The position numbers and the translations under genes are program-made. From positions 140,953-204,952 of the forward strand of contig JAWLHR010000003.1 of assembly GCA_041690295.1 (NCBI GenBank): a stretch of 64,000 nucleotides of DNA. The letters are read 5' to 3'. This DNA comes from Bdellovibrionales bacterium. GTDB taxonomy: Bacteria; Bdellovibrionota; Bdellovibrionia; Bdellovibrionales; UBA1609. Positions 1-10,323 of this stretch are shown here, in pieces (the stretch's first letter is position 1; each line of letters starts with the position of its first letter). Under the pieces are notes generated by a model. It did not search any database, was not told where the DNA came from, and saw only the letters and a list, made by a program, of their open reading frames with translations.

Positions 1-141
1 GTGTCAGCTTTACTCACACCGCCGGACGTAATCAGCATGGTGATGATGTTGGGGCCGATGATGCTATTGTACGAAGGCTCGATCTGGATCATTCAATTCC
101 TTGTGCGTAAACGGCAGCAGAATTTGCCGACCATCAGGTAG
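1..141 (+). CDS. tatC: Twin-arginine translocase subunit TatC, C-terminal fragment (5' end outside window)
   Basis: Frame 1 reads ...SALLTPPDVISMVMMLGPMMLLYEGSIWIIQFLVRKRQQNLPTIR and stops at TAG 139-141. LTPPD followed by a hydrophobic helix is the conserved TatC C-terminal region. It is absent from the ORF track because no start lies in the window. Confidence 0.65.
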   Translation: MSALLTPPDVISMVMMLGPMMLLYEGSIWIIQFLVRKRQQNLPTIR

Positions 142-190
142 GCCGTTCCTTTTCAGGATGCCGTGCATCCTGAAAAGGAACGGCCTACCT
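136..190. terminator. Perfect 25-bp-stem hairpin between convergent tatC and mutase genes (probable bidirectional terminator)
   Basis: AGGTAGGCCGTTCCTTTTCAGGATG (136-160), loop CCGTG, CATCCTGAAAAGGAACGGCCTACCT (166-190), followed by TTTTA. The tatC stop lies inside the left arm. The mutase stop (192-194) abuts the right arm. Confidence 0.6.
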
Positions 191-191
191 T

Positions 192-1772
192 TTACAGGGT
201 GATGGATTCTTTGTGGAGTCCGAACACTTTGCGGAGTTCTTCGGCGATTTCGCCCAAGGTGACATGATTCTCAACGGCTTCGATGAACACCGGCATCAGG
301 TTTTCGGTACCTGAGGCGGCATTGCGGATTTTTTCTAATTGCGCGGCGATTTTAGCCGGATCCCTTTTGGCTTTGAATTTCTTTAATCGCTCGATTTGTT
401 CGAGCGCAATGTCCTCGGAAATTTTTAAGCCGCCGCCGTTTTGCGCTTCATCTTCATTGATGAACTCATTCACGCCGACCACGATTTCCCGTTTGCTTTC
501 GAGGTCTTTTTGAAACTGATAAGCGGCGTTTTGAATTTCGTTCTGGATCCAACCCGACTCGATGCAGGCGATAACACCGCCGAGGCCTTCGATGCGCTCG
601 ATGTATTCGAGCGCCCGTTTTTCGATTTCATCGGTGAGTTCTTCAAGCAGGAAAGATCCCCCGACCGGATCCACGACATCGGCGACACCGGTCTCATGAG
701 CGATGATCTGTTGCGTGCGAAGAGCGATCGTCGCCGACTTCTCGGTGGGCAAGCCCAGAGCTTCATCCATGGAATTAGTGTGCAAACTTTGTGTTCCCCC
801 GAGAACCGCGGCAAGTGCCTGAAGCGCCACCCGCACGATATTGTTCTCGGGCTGTTGCGCGGTCAGCGTCGAACCCGCTGTTTGCGAGTGAAAGCGAAGT
901 TTCATCGCGCTGGGATCAGTGGCGCCGAAGCGCTCTTTCATAAAGCGCGCCCACATGCGGCGGGCGGCGCGGAACTTGGCGATCTCTTCAAAGAAGTTGT
1001 TGTGCACGTTGAAAAAGAAACTAAGCCGTCGACCGAATTCGTCCACATTCAATCCGCGATCCACGGCCGCTTGCACATAGGTCAAGCCGTTCGCCAGCGT
1101 AAACGCCACTTCCTGAACCGCCGTCGATCCGGCTTCGCGGATGTGGTAACCGGAAATGGAAATCGTGTTCCAGCCGGGAACGTTCTCCGTACAGAACTTG
1201 AAAATGTCGGTAATGATGCGAAGACTGGGCTTGGGCGGATAAATGTAAGTGCCGCGCGCGATGTACTCTTTCAGCAAATCGTTTTGCACGGTTCCCTTGA
1301 GGCTCGCAATGGGTACGCCGCGCTTTTTTGCCACCGCAATATAAAGAGCGAGCAAAATGCCGGCGGTGGAATTGATGGTCATCGAAGTTGAGATGGTTTC
1401 CAAAGGAAGGCCATCGAGCAGAATTTCCATGTCTTCCAATGATGAAATGGCCACGCCGACTTTACCCACTTCGCCGGTGGCCATGATGTGATCGGAGTCG
1501 TAGCCCATTTGGGTGGGCAAATCGAACGCCACGCTGAGGCCGGTCGTCCCGCGCTCCAACAGCATCTTGTAGCGCGCGTTGCTCTCACGGGCGGAGCCGA
1601 AGCCGGCATATTGCCGCATGGTCCACAAGCGGCCGCGATACATTGTTTCCTGAACGCCGCGCAGGAACGGATAAACGCCGGGCTCACCGAGCTTTTCCGC
1701 CCCGTAAACCCGTTTCAGTTCGATGTTCGATGAAGTTTTAAATTGCGGTTTTCGTTCTTTTAACGGCTTCAT
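192..1772 (-). CDS. Methylmalonyl-CoA mutase family, catalytic (large/N-terminal) domain protein with no B12-binding domain in this ORF
   Basis: 526 aa. Motifs [21 protein letters not shown] and [18 protein letters not shown] are typical of the acyl-CoA mutase substrate-binding barrel. Start ATG overlaps the upstream stop (TAATG). Confidence 0.9.
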   Translation of the reverse strand: MKPLKERKPQFKTSSNIELKRVYGAEKLGEPGVYPFLRGVQETMYRGRLWTMRQYAGFGSARESNARYKMLLERGTTGLSVAFDLPTQMGYDSDHIMATGEVGKVGVAISSLEDMEILLDGLPLETISTSMTINSTAGILLALYIAVAKKRGVPIASLKGTVQNDLLKEYIARGTYIYPPKPSLRIITDIFKFCTENVPGWNTISISGYHIREAGSTAVQEVAFTLANGLTYVQAAVDRGLNVDEFGRRLSFFFNVHNNFFEEIAKFRAARRMWARFMKERFGATDPSAMKLRFHSQTAGSTLTAQQPENNIVRVALQALAAVLGGTQSLHTNSMDEALGLPTEKSATIALRTQQIIAHETGVADVVDPVGGSFLLEELTDEIEKRALEYIERIEGLGGVIACIESGWIQNEIQNAAYQFQKDLESKREIVVGVNEFINEDEAQNGGGLKISEDIALEQIERLKKFKAKRDPAKIAAQLEKIRNAASGTENLMPVFIEAVENHVTLGEIAEELRKVFGLHKESITL

Positions 1773-2299
1773 TACGATTGCGCGAAGGTCACCAGTGTCG
1801 CGCCGGACTCCACGTTTTCACCTTCCTTAACTAGAACCTCTTTGATTTTCACATCCGAAGCGGCGCGCATTTCATTTTCCATCTTCATGGCTTCCATAAT
1901 CAAAATGGGATCGCCGGCCTTCAATTCATCTCCCGGTTTAACAAGAATCTTAACGATTTTGCCAGGCATTCCGGATGTGAGGTTCGAGCCTCCGCCCATT
2001 CCACCGCCGGATTTGAGGCTTTCGTGTAATAACGCTTCCTCGTTGTAAATTTTGAACACCCGATGGGCGCCGCGTGTATAAACCGTGTATTCGGTGCCCC
2101 GGTTCAACACGTCCACGAGGTAGGAGCTGTCTTTGTACAAAAAGCTGATGGTTTCATCGAGGTAACGGTAATCCTCTTTTCGGATGTCGTGGTAAACCCA
2201 GTCCTTGTCGCCCTCACGCGTGCCAACACGCCAATGGGTTTTGGATTCCGTCACAGAGACCTGATAATGAACGCCTTCGGATTCAGCTTCGAAAAACAT
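1772..2299 (-). CDS. Biotin carboxyl carrier (biotinyl/lipoyl) domain protein with about 100 aa of N-terminal extra domain (PccA BT+BCCP-like)
   Basis: C-terminal [15 protein letters not shown] biotinylation motif. I chose the internal ATG at 2297-2299 (MFFEAESEG...) because it overlaps the biotin carboxylase stop as TAATG. The longer track ORF reaches 2341. Confidence 0.8.
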   Translation of the reverse strand: MFFEAESEGVHYQVSVTESKTHWRVGTREGDKDWVYHDIRKEDYRYLDETISFLYKDSSYLVDVLNRGTEYTVYTRGAHRVFKIYNEEALLHESLKSGGGMGGGSNLTSGMPGKIVKILVKPGDELKAGDPILIMEAMKMENEMRAASDVKIKEVLVKEGENVESGATLVTFAQS

Positions 2300-3804
2300 T
2301 ACAAGTTCCTCATTGCTTTCTGCCGGCCGTAATTTTTCCACTTACTGGCCAGATTGTAATCGCTGACATCCCGCGATTTCGCCTGGTTGTACGCTTCAAT
2401 CGCGGCGGAAATTAAGAAAACATCGTCATCCACGAACATGAAAAGCTCGCGATGTTTTTTGCCCGCGATCTGCTGGTCAATAAATTGTGTGGTGTAAGAG
2501 CCGTCCAGGAACGAAGGATGAACAAGGATGTTTTTATGGAGCACGATATTGCTTTTGATACCGGTCAACATGTATTCGGCCAGCGCCCGTTGGGCCCGCT
2601 GAATACATTCTTCCCGGTTGGATCCCCAAACGATCAGCTTGGCGATCATGGGGTCGTAATAAATCGGCACTTCGTAACCCGGATAAGCGCAATTATCGAG
2701 CCGTACGAACGGTCCTTGCGGTGTTCGGTGCTTAAGAATTTTTCCCGGACTGGGCGTGAACGACACCGGATCCTCGGCGCAGATACGGAGCTCAATGGAG
2801 TGTCCGCGCAGTTTGATGTCCGACTGTTTGAACGAAAGCGGATGGCCCGCGGCCACCATAATCTGTTCTTTGACCAAATCCAGGCCGGTCACCTGCTCGG
2901 TCACCGGATGTTCCACCTGCAACCGAGTGTTCATTTCCATAAAGAAAAATTCTTTGGTCTTGTTGTCGAAAATGAACTCGATGGTTCCCGCGCCGACATA
3001 CTGGATCGACTTGGCGGCGCGAACCGCGACTTCGCCCAGTTTTTCCCGAACTTCCGGCGGCACCGAAATCGATGGTGATTCTTCAATCAGTTTTTGATGC
3101 CGGCGCTGCATGGAGCATTCGCGCTCGTACAAGTGAACCACGTTGCCATGAGTGTCGCCGAACACTTGAACCTCAATGTGTTTCGGGTTCTGCACGAAGC
3201 GTTCAATGAACACGCGATCGTCTTTGAAGTAGTTTTTGCCTTCGGACTGACAAGCGCGGAACGCGCTGGGCAAATCGGCGGGATCATGCACCACCCGGAT
3301 CCCTTTGCCTCCGCCGCCGGCCGAAGCTTTTAAGATCACCGGATAGCCGATGCGCTGCGCTTCTTTAACCGCTTGATCCGCGTCGGCCACCGCGCCGTCG
3401 CTTCCCGGAACCGTGGGGACTCCGGCTTTCTTCATCAATTCCCGCGAGGCGAGCTTATCACCCATCGCGAGGATGTTTTCGACCGTAGGTCCGATGAAAG
3501 TTAAACCAGCCTCTTTGACCGCTTTAGCGAAGGCCGGCGATTCACTCAAAAACCCGTATCCAGGGTGAATGGCATCCGCGCCGGATTTTTTGGCGATCTC
3601 AAGAATCTTTTCGATGTTCAAATAGGACTGAGCACTGGGTGAAGGACCGATATGGTAGGCTTCGTCGGCCAACATAACATGCATTCCGTTTCGGTCCGCA
3701 TCGGAATAGACCGCGACCGAAGTGATCCCAAGTTCACGCAATGTGCGTGTCACCCGGATCGCGATTTCGCCACGATTGGCGATGAGAATTTTTTTAAACA
3801 TCAT
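2299..3804 (-). CDS. Biotin carboxylase (ATP-grasp) subunit of an acyl-CoA carboxylase
   Basis: 501 aa. Motifs KILIANRGEIAIRV, GYPVILKASAGGGGKGIR and EMNTRLQVEHPVTE are the canonical biotin carboxylase signature. Confidence 0.92.
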   Translation of the reverse strand: MMFKKILIANRGEIAIRVTRTLRELGITSVAVYSDADRNGMHVMLADEAYHIGPSPSAQSYLNIEKILEIAKKSGADAIHPGYGFLSESPAFAKAVKEAGLTFIGPTVENILAMGDKLASRELMKKAGVPTVPGSDGAVADADQAVKEAQRIGYPVILKASAGGGGKGIRVVHDPADLPSAFRACQSEGKNYFKDDRVFIERFVQNPKHIEVQVFGDTHGNVVHLYERECSMQRRHQKLIEESPSISVPPEVREKLGEVAVRAAKSIQYVGAGTIEFIFDNKTKEFFFMEMNTRLQVEHPVTEQVTGLDLVKEQIMVAAGHPLSFKQSDIKLRGHSIELRICAEDPVSFTPSPGKILKHRTPQGPFVRLDNCAYPGYEVPIYYDPMIAKLIVWGSNREECIQRAQRALAEYMLTGIKSNIVLHKNILVHPSFLDGSYTTQFIDQQIAGKKHRELFMFVDDDVFLISAAIEAYNQAKSRDVSDYNLASKWKNYGRQKAMRNL

Positions 3805-3811
3805 CCGTCCT

Positions 3812-5380
3812 TTATAGCGGGATGTTCCCGTGTTTCTTGGGTGGGTTCGTGTCCCGTTTGTTCTTCAACATTTCCAACGAATCAATCAGGCGCTTGCGCG
3901 TGGTCGCGGGCTCGATGATTTCATCGATGTAACCGACCTCCGCCGCGACGTACGGATTGGCGAACTTGGCTTCGTAATCACGAGTCAGCCGCGCCCGTTC
4001 GGCCGCGGGATCCTTCGCGTTGGCGATGGCTGAGCGGAATATAATGTTCACCGCTCCCTCCGCGCCCATGACCGCGATTTCCGCCGTGGGGTAAGCCAAG
4101 TTGATGTCACCGCGCAGGTGTTTTGACGACATCACGTCATAAGCGCCGCCATAGGCCTTACGGGTAATGATGGTGATCTTCGGTACGGTGGCCTCGGCAT
4201 AGGCATACATTAATTTGGCGCCGTGAGTGATGATGCCGTTCCATTCCTGATCCGTTCCCGGCAAGAATCCCGGAACGTCCACGAAAGTCACGATCGGAAT
4301 ATTGAACGCATCACAGAATCGGATGAACCGGGCCGCTTTAATGCTGGCCTCGATATTCAAGCAACCGGCCAAAACTTGCGGCTGATTGGCCACGATGCCG
4401 ACCGGCCGGCCGTTCAAGCGGGCAAAGCCCACGACGATATTTTGCGCGTACGCCTTGTGAACTTCGAGAAAATAACCCTCATCGACGACTTTCGTGATGA
4501 GTTGGACCATGTCGTAAGGCTTTTTCGAACTGTCAGGAATAAATGTATTCAGTGATTCCTCGATGCGGTCCGGGCGGTCCTTGGTGGGAAGAATCGGCGG
4601 ATCGTCGAGATTGTTGGACGGCAGAAAATTCAACAGTTCGCGAATCATCAACAGACAGTGGCGATCATCTTCGGTGGCGAAATGAGCCACACCGGATTTG
4701 GTGGCGTGAGTGACGGCGCCGCCCAGTTCTTCCTTCGTCACTTCTTCGTGAGTCACGGCCTTGATCACGTCGGGTCCGGTGACGAACATGTAGGACGTGT
4801 TTTTCACCATGAATATGAAGTCGGTGAGCGATGGGCTGTAAACCGCGCCGCCCGCGCACGGACCCATGATGGCCGAAATTTGCGGGACCACCCCGGAACT
4901 CGTGACGTTCCGAAGGAAGATATCAGCATAACCGCCAAGCGCTTCCACGCCTTCTTGAATGCGGGCGCCACCCGAGTCATTCAATCCGATGATCGGCGCG
5001 CCGTTTTTCACGGCCAGATCCATGATTTTGATGATTTTGTTGGCCTGCGTGCGCGACATGGAGCCGCCGAAAACGGTGAAATCCTGCGAGTAGACGTAAA
5101 CAATTTTACCGTTCACCCGGCCGTAGCCCGTGATCACGCCGTCGCCGGCGATCTTCTGTTCACCCATTCCGAAATTACTGCAGCGGTGGGTGACGAAACG
5201 GTCGATTTCAACAAAGCTTCCGGGATCAAGAAGCACGTCCAACCTTTCCCGCGCGGTCAAACGGCCGCCTTGTTTGTGTTTTGCGATCCGGTCCGGACCG
5301 CCGCCGACAAACGCGGCTTCGTTGCGACGCTCGAAATCTTGCAATTTCTCTTCGGTCGTATGTGGAATTTCAACGTCCAT
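3812..5380 (-). CDS. pccB: Propionyl-CoA carboxylase beta chain / methylmalonyl-CoA carboxyltransferase
   Basis: Carboxyltransferase family motifs ([47 protein letters not shown]). Start set at ATG 5378-5380 (MDVEIPH), preceded by GAGGAG. The track ORF starts 15 nt upstream. Confidence 0.88.
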   Translation of the reverse strand: MDVEIPHTTEEKLQDFERRNEAAFVGGGPDRIAKHKQGGRLTARERLDVLLDPGSFVEIDRFVTHRCSNFGMGEQKIAGDGVITGYGRVNGKIVYVYSQDFTVFGGSMSRTQANKIIKIMDLAVKNGAPIIGLNDSGGARIQEGVEALGGYADIFLRNVTSSGVVPQISAIMGPCAGGAVYSPSLTDFIFMVKNTSYMFVTGPDVIKAVTHEEVTKEELGGAVTHATKSGVAHFATEDDRHCLLMIRELLNFLPSNNLDDPPILPTKDRPDRIEESLNTFIPDSSKKPYDMVQLITKVVDEGYFLEVHKAYAQNIVVGFARLNGRPVGIVANQPQVLAGCLNIEASIKAARFIRFCDAFNIPIVTFVDVPGFLPGTDQEWNGIITHGAKLMYAYAEATVPKITIITRKAYGGAYDVMSSKHLRGDINLAYPTAEIAVMGAEGAVNIIFRSAIANAKDPAAERARLTRDYEAKFANPYVAAEVGYIDEIIEPATTRKRLIDSLEMLKNKRDTNPPKKHGNIPL

Positions 5381-5401
5381 CGTGTCTCCTCGCATACCCG
5401 C

Positions 5402-6691
5402 TCACGGATAATTGCGGCCATAGAGCCGCGGAAATGGAATGGTCTCACGGACATGCTGAATGCCGCAGATCCACGCTACGGTTCTTTCCACGCCAAGCCC
5501 GAAGCCCGCGTGTTTAAAAGTGCCGTACTTACGCAGATCCAAATACCATTCAAAGTCTTTCAGATTGAGATTGTGCTCCTTAATCTTGCGCACCAAAGTG
5601 TCGTAGTCGTCTTCACGTTGTCCGCCGCCGATGATCTCACCGTATCCTTCGGTGGCCAAAAGATCGCAGCTCATGCTTGAGCCGGGCTCGTCGGGGTCTT
5701 CTTTCATGTAGAACGCTTTGACCGCCGCCGGATAGTGATGAACGAACACCGGTTTATCGAATTTGGAGCTGACGATGGTTTCATCCGTACCGCCGAAGTC
5801 GTCACCGACTTTGAACGACGGATTTTCCTTAAGAATCAATTCAACGGCTTCCTTATAGTGCAAGCGGGGGAACGGCGCTTTGATTTTCTGAAGCGGTTCA
5901 ACGTTGCGCTCAAGCGCTTTCAGCTCTTCCGCGCGGTTGGTGATCGTTCGCTGGACAATGTACTCAACGAACTGCTCGGCCAATTCCATATTGTCGTAAA
6001 GGTCATTGAACGCCACTTCGGGCTCAACCATCCAAAACTCGATCAAATGCCGCCGTGTCTTGGATTTTTCCGCCCGGAACGTGGGGCCGAAACAATAAAC
6101 TTTGCCGAAGGCGGCCGCCGTGGCTTCCATGTAAAGTTGGCCGCTTTGAGAGAGGTACGCCTTCTCATCAAAATACTGGGTTTGAAAGAGGGTTGAAGTT
6201 CCCTCACAGGCGTTCGGCGTAAAAATCGGAGCGTCGGTTAAAGTGAATCCACGGCCGTCAAAGAAGTCACGGATGGCCTTAACCACTTCCGAACGAATAC
6301 GGATGATCGCGTGTTGGCGCTTTGATCGCAGCCAGAGATGACGGTGGTTCAACAGGAAGTCCGGGCCATGTTCCTTGGGCGTGATGGGGTAATCCACGCT
6401 TCCCGACAAAATCGCCAGTTCGCGCGCGCTGATTTCAAACCCGCCGGGACTTCGCGGCTCCGCTTTAACCACGCCGGTGACTTGAACACAGGACTCTTGA
6501 GTGAGTTTCTCAAACTCTTCAAAGGCTTTGTCTTCGCATTCACCACGAAAATAAACGCATTGGGTTATTCCGGTTCCATCTCTTAGAAGTAGGAATTTGA
6601 TTTTTCCTGAAGAGCGGTGGTTATAAACCCAACCGTTCAATTGAACAGTTTGGCCAACGTGATCTTTCAGATCGGCAATGGTTACCCGCAT
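5402..6691 (-). CDS. asnS: Asparagine--tRNA ligase
   Basis: Class IIb aaRS with an OB anticodon-binding N-terminus ([26 protein letters not shown]), then [12 protein letters not shown] and [13 protein letters not shown]. Length and motifs fit the short AsnRS type. ATG at 6689-6691 has a GGAG upstream; the track start (6715) is a TTG. Confidence 0.85.
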   Translation of the reverse strand: MRVTIADLKDHVGQTVQLNGWVYNHRSSGKIKFLLLRDGTGITQCVYFRGECEDKAFEEFEKLTQESCVQVTGVVKAEPRSPGGFEISARELAILSGSVDYPITPKEHGPDFLLNHRHLWLRSKRQHAIIRIRSEVVKAIRDFFDGRGFTLTDAPIFTPNACEGTSTLFQTQYFDEKAYLSQSGQLYMEATAAAFGKVYCFGPTFRAEKSKTRRHLIEFWMVEPEVAFNDLYDNMELAEQFVEYIVQRTITNRAEELKALERNVEPLQKIKAPFPRLHYKEAVELILKENPSFKVGDDFGGTDETIVSSKFDKPVFVHHYPAAVKAFYMKEDPDEPGSSMSCDLLATEGYGEIIGGGQREDDYDTLVRKIKEHNLNLKDFEWYLDLRKYGTFKHAGFGLGVERTVAWICGIQHVRETIPFPRLYGRNYP

Positions 6692-6782
6692 AAAGCTCCG
6701 CAAATCGCCATTCAATATATGGAGAGAAATGGTCTAGCATGTCCCGGCGGGCCTTGGGAACTGGTGCAGGTAGCGCGCCGTG

Positions 6783-8024
6783 TTACTTGCCCATGATTTG
6801 CCGCAGGCGATCCAGTGCCGTGCGCAGGTCTAAACGCCCCGAGGAGGCACTGATGAGAGCGGGCGTGCGATAGGCGGACTGATAAAGGGCCGTCCGAAGT
6901 TGGGGAATAGTCGCTTCGGGTTCCGCGCTCAACAGAAGCGCGAGGGCTCCGGAGACGAACGGGGCCGACATACTGGTGCCGGTGGCGACCGCGAACCCGT
7001 TCGGAACGGTGGAGACAATGGAGCTTCCGGGAGCGAAGATGTGCACATTTATGGCGCCGAAATTGGACATTTCATGCATGTAATCGTTCGTGCCCGTATT
7101 TCCAACCGTGAACTGGGCGGCAAGATTGAGCGAGGCGGGATATTGTTTTCTCTTATCGATATCCACGCCTTCATTACCGGCGGCGGCCACGAACACGACC
7201 CCTTGAGCCTCAAGGGACATAATGGTTTCGCGAAGTGTGCGCGAACAGTGAGGCCCACCCCAGCTGGCATTGATGACCTTAGCTCCCTGGGCGACCGCGT
7301 ACTTGATCGCGGTCACGCCATCGGAGACGTTGCCATCACCATATTTATTTAAAAACGCCAGCGGTAGAAGCCGGGCTTCGGGCGCCACTCCTTGAACATA
7401 GGGACGTGCTCCCGCGGTGGTGTCGCCATGATCGGCCACGATAATTCCACTCACATGCGTACCGTGCATCTGGTGATCGCCAAGCAGAGTTCGATCCTCG
7501 ACGAAGTCATAGCCCGAAACATCATCGACGTAGCCATTGCCGTCATCATCCACGTTGTTATTTGGGATTTCGCCGGCATTGATGGCCAGTCGATCACGCA
7601 GTTGGGGATGGGTGATGTCGGCGCCTGAATCCACGACGGCCACGATCACACCTTGCCCGCGAATTCCCGCGCTCCACAGGGTGTCGGCCCCCACACGCAC
7701 CACGCCCCAATTATCAATGGCGGGAGCGTCCTGCCGCACGAAGGCGCCCTGGCGCGCGTGAACTCTGTAATCCGGTTCGGCGTACTCGATCCGGTGAGCG
7801 TTCTCCGCCAAATACCCGTTGAGAAATTTGTCCTCGTTTTCCTCTTCACGGACCGCGACGGTTCCATCGGAATAGCGGACAATGAACCTTCCGGGCACGA
7901 CCCGGCCCAGACATGTATCATCATCAGATTTGGTGTATAGACCTGAGCTGGTTTTTTGTTCTCCGCAGGCGACAAGTGTGAATGCGGTGAATATGGCAAT
8001 GACCTTGATCAAACGAGGTTCCAT
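6783..8024 (-). CDS. Secreted subtilisin-like serine protease (peptidase S8), probable lipoprotein
   Basis: Signal peptide plus lipobox (FTLVAC). Catalytic triad motifs VVDSGAD, HGTHVSG and GTSMSAPFVSG. Confidence 0.88.
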   Translation of the reverse strand: MEPRLIKVIAIFTAFTLVACGEQKTSSGLYTKSDDDTCLGRVVPGRFIVRYSDGTVAVREEENEDKFLNGYLAENAHRIEYAEPDYRVHARQGAFVRQDAPAIDNWGVVRVGADTLWSAGIRGQGVIVAVVDSGADITHPQLRDRLAINAGEIPNNNVDDDGNGYVDDVSGYDFVEDRTLLGDHQMHGTHVSGIIVADHGDTTAGARPYVQGVAPEARLLPLAFLNKYGDGNVSDGVTAIKYAVAQGAKVINASWGGPHCSRTLRETIMSLEAQGVVFVAAAGNEGVDIDKRKQYPASLNLAAQFTVGNTGTNDYMHEMSNFGAINVHIFAPGSSIVSTVPNGFAVATGTSMSAPFVSGALALLLSAEPEATIPQLRTALYQSAYRTPALISASSGRLDLRTALDRLRQIMGK

Positions 8025-8111
8025 CCTGGAGCTCCCCCTAAGAGATCATTGTCGCTCGCGTGGGTTGAGTGGGAGAGTCCAATAATCGGCCATGTGGCTT
8101 AAGGCTTACTC

Positions 8112-8143
8112 AACTGGTCGAAATCTGGACCGGCAACTGGACC
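8112..8143 (+). promoter_or_regulatory. Three direct repeats AACTGGTC / ATCTGGACC / AACTGGACC at 11-12 nt spacing upstream of the DedA-oxidoreductase gene
   Basis: CTGG(T/A)C cores start at 8114, 8125 and 8137. Helical-turn spacing suggests a response-regulator or repressor site. No protein partner is identified. Confidence 0.3.
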
Positions 8144-8172
8144 TTCCGCGAAGGGGCCATTAATCTCCCGTA

Positions 8173-10281
8173 ATGGCCCGGAAAACAGTTTTTAAGATCA
8201 GCGTTCTGTTGGCTGTTGTCGCTGCATGCTATTGGATACTTTTGCCCGAGATGTCCCATTGGAATGTGGACCGCTTCAGGGAGATCGCCGGTGAGTCTCC
8301 GTTCAAGGCCGCGATTGTCTATTTCATAATATATTTGGTTGCGGCGTCGTTTGCCGTGCCTGGCTTGGCCGTGCTGACAATGGTTGGCGGCGCGATATTA
8401 GGTTTTTGGAAAGCCGTGCTTTTAGTCTCTTTTGCCAGCACCATCGGGGCGACGTTTTCATTTTTACTTTCCCGCTGGCTTTTTCGTGACTGGGTTTCAC
8501 GCCGATTCGATTCGATTTATGAAAAAGTGAGAGGTGTCGAAACCGATGGTTCATCATTCCTGTTTTCACTTCGTTTGATTCCCCTCATCCCTTTCTCCGC
8601 GGTGAACCTTGTCTTCGGGATTACGCCCATGAAGACGCTTTCGTTTTATTGGATTTCCCAATTGGGAATGCTCCCCGCGACGTTGGTTTATGTGAACGCG
8701 GGGGTTCAAGTCGGGCAGGCGCGAAGTTTCGAAGATGTGATGTCACCTTCGGTTCTCATTTCGCTGTCTTTGTTGGCCGCCGTTCCTTGGCTGGGACGAC
8801 TTCTCCTTCATCAAATCAACTTACATAGGATTTACCGAAATTATCGCCGCCCGCCGCGGTTCGATTACGATTTGCTCATCATCGGCGCCGGGGCCGCCGG
8901 ATTGGTTTCGGCTTATTTGGGATCGGCATTAAAGGCGAAAGTGGGATTGATCGAAAGAGATCGGATGGGCGGTGAATGCCTGCATACGGGATGCGTACCG
9001 AGCAAGTCTTTGATTCAAAGCGCGCGGCTGGCTCATCTTATTCACCGCGCCGGCGAATTTGGCTTGAAGGTGCGGGAATCTTCCGTGGACTTTCCTTCCG
9101 TCTTCGAACGGATTCAGTCGATCATTAGTAAGATCACGCCGAAGGACTCCGCTGATCGCTATCGAAGTTTGGGAGTCGATTGCCTGCGCGGTGAAGCGCG
9201 AATCGAAGATCCGTTCCGTGTCCGTATCGAGGATCGTGTGCTGACCACAAGGAACATTATAATCGCCACGGGAAGCGCGCCATTCATACCCAACATCGAG
9301 GGTTTGGATTCCATTCCGTATTTGACCACGGATAATTTGTGGGATTTGCGAAAATCTCCCGGACGGCTTTTGGTTTTGGGCGGAGGTCCGGTCGGATGTG
9401 AGATGGCGCAAGCCTTCGCGCGATTGGGCGTCAAAGTCACTCTCGTCGAAAAAGAAAACAGATTGTTAAACCGGGAAGATGAAGAGGTTTCTCGATTGAT
9501 CTCCGAAGTTTTCGTGCGCGAAGGAATCGAGCTCCTTCTTGGGAGCCGAGTGGCCCGGTTTTCACGGGCCGGGAATGATTTTTCGGCTCACCTGGACGGC
9601 GGGCGTTCCATCCCGTTTGACACTTTGCTATTGGCCTTAGGCCGGCGGGCACGGGTGAAAGGATTTGACGAATTGAATCTTGAGTTGAGTGACGATGGAA
9701 CTTTGCGGGTCGATGAATGTCTGCGCACACGTTTTCCCAACATTTACGCCTGTGGTGATGTGACGGGTCCCTTTCAATACACGCACGCGGCTTCACATCA
9801 GGCGTCCACGGCCGTGTTGAACGCGCTTTTCTCACCTTTCAAAAAATTCAAAATCGATTATTCCTCCATGCCTCGGTGCACGTACACCGACCCGGAAATC
9901 GCAAGCTTGGGGCTGAGCGAGTTCGAGGCGCGTGGGCTCGCGGTCGATTACGATGTTTATAAGCACGACTTTGCTGATGTGGATCGGGCGGTGACTGAGG
10001 GAAACACGGCCGGTTTCATTAAAGTGCTGACACGTAAAAACAGCGGAAAGATCCTTGGCGTGACCATCGCCGGCCCGCGTGCGGGGGACCTCATGGCGGA
10101 ATTCACTTTGGCGAAACGTAAAAATCTCTCTCTGAATGAAATTCTAAAGACGATCCATGCCTATCCGACTTATGGGGAGATTAATCGCCTCGTGGCCGGC
10201 GATTGGAAGCGATCAACCGCGGGGGCGACCGCCCTTCGGTTTTTATCAGGTTTTCACGCCTGGCGCCGAGGGTCCGTCTGA
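8173..10281 (+). CDS. Fusion protein: DedA/TVP38-TMEM64 membrane domain + FAD-dependent pyridine nucleotide-disulfide oxidoreductase
   Basis: The N-terminal ~230 aa are multi-TM with FSLRLIPLIPFSAVNLVFG. The C-terminal part has LIIGAGAAGL (FAD), the GGECLHTGCVPSK redox disulfide, LVLGGGPVGCE (NAD(P)H) and a dimerisation-domain IHAYPTYGE. Confidence 0.85.
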   Translation: MARKTVFKISVLLAVVAACYWILLPEMSHWNVDRFREIAGESPFKAAIVYFIIYLVAASFAVPGLAVLTMVGGAILGFWKAVLLVSFASTIGATFSFLLSRWLFRDWVSRRFDSIYEKVRGVETDGSSFLFSLRLIPLIPFSAVNLVFGITPMKTLSFYWISQLGMLPATLVYVNAGVQVGQARSFEDVMSPSVLISLSLLAAVPWLGRLLLHQINLHRIYRNYRRPPRFDYDLLIIGAGAAGLVSAYLGSALKAKVGLIERDRMGGECLHTGCVPSKSLIQSARLAHLIHRAGEFGLKVRESSVDFPSVFERIQSIISKITPKDSADRYRSLGVDCLRGEARIEDPFRVRIEDRVLTTRNIIIATGSAPFIPNIEGLDSIPYLTTDNLWDLRKSPGRLLVLGGGPVGCEMAQAFARLGVKVTLVEKENRLLNREDEEVSRLISEVFVREGIELLLGSRVARFSRAGNDFSAHLDGGRSIPFDTLLLALGRRARVKGFDELNLELSDDGTLRVDECLRTRFPNIYACGDVTGPFQYTHAASHQASTAVLNALFSPFKKFKIDYSSMPRCTYTDPEIASLGLSEFEARGLAVDYDVYKHDFADVDRAVTEGNTAGFIKVLTRKNSGKILGVTIAGPRAGDLMAEFTLAKRKNLSLNEILKTIHAYPTYGEINRLVAGDWKRSTAGATALRFLSGFHAWRRGSV

Positions 10282-10323
10282 TCGGGCTGGACAAGAACGA
10301 TTTGAAATGCCACAAACAATCCA

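Noticed and set aside
441-1391. 316-aa plus-strand ORF
   Set aside because: It is antisense to the methylmalonyl-CoA mutase gene. This is a shadow ORF with no motifs.
4658-5680. 340-aa plus-strand ORF
   Set aside because: It is antisense to pccB and asnS, both of which have strong family motifs. This is a shadow ORF.
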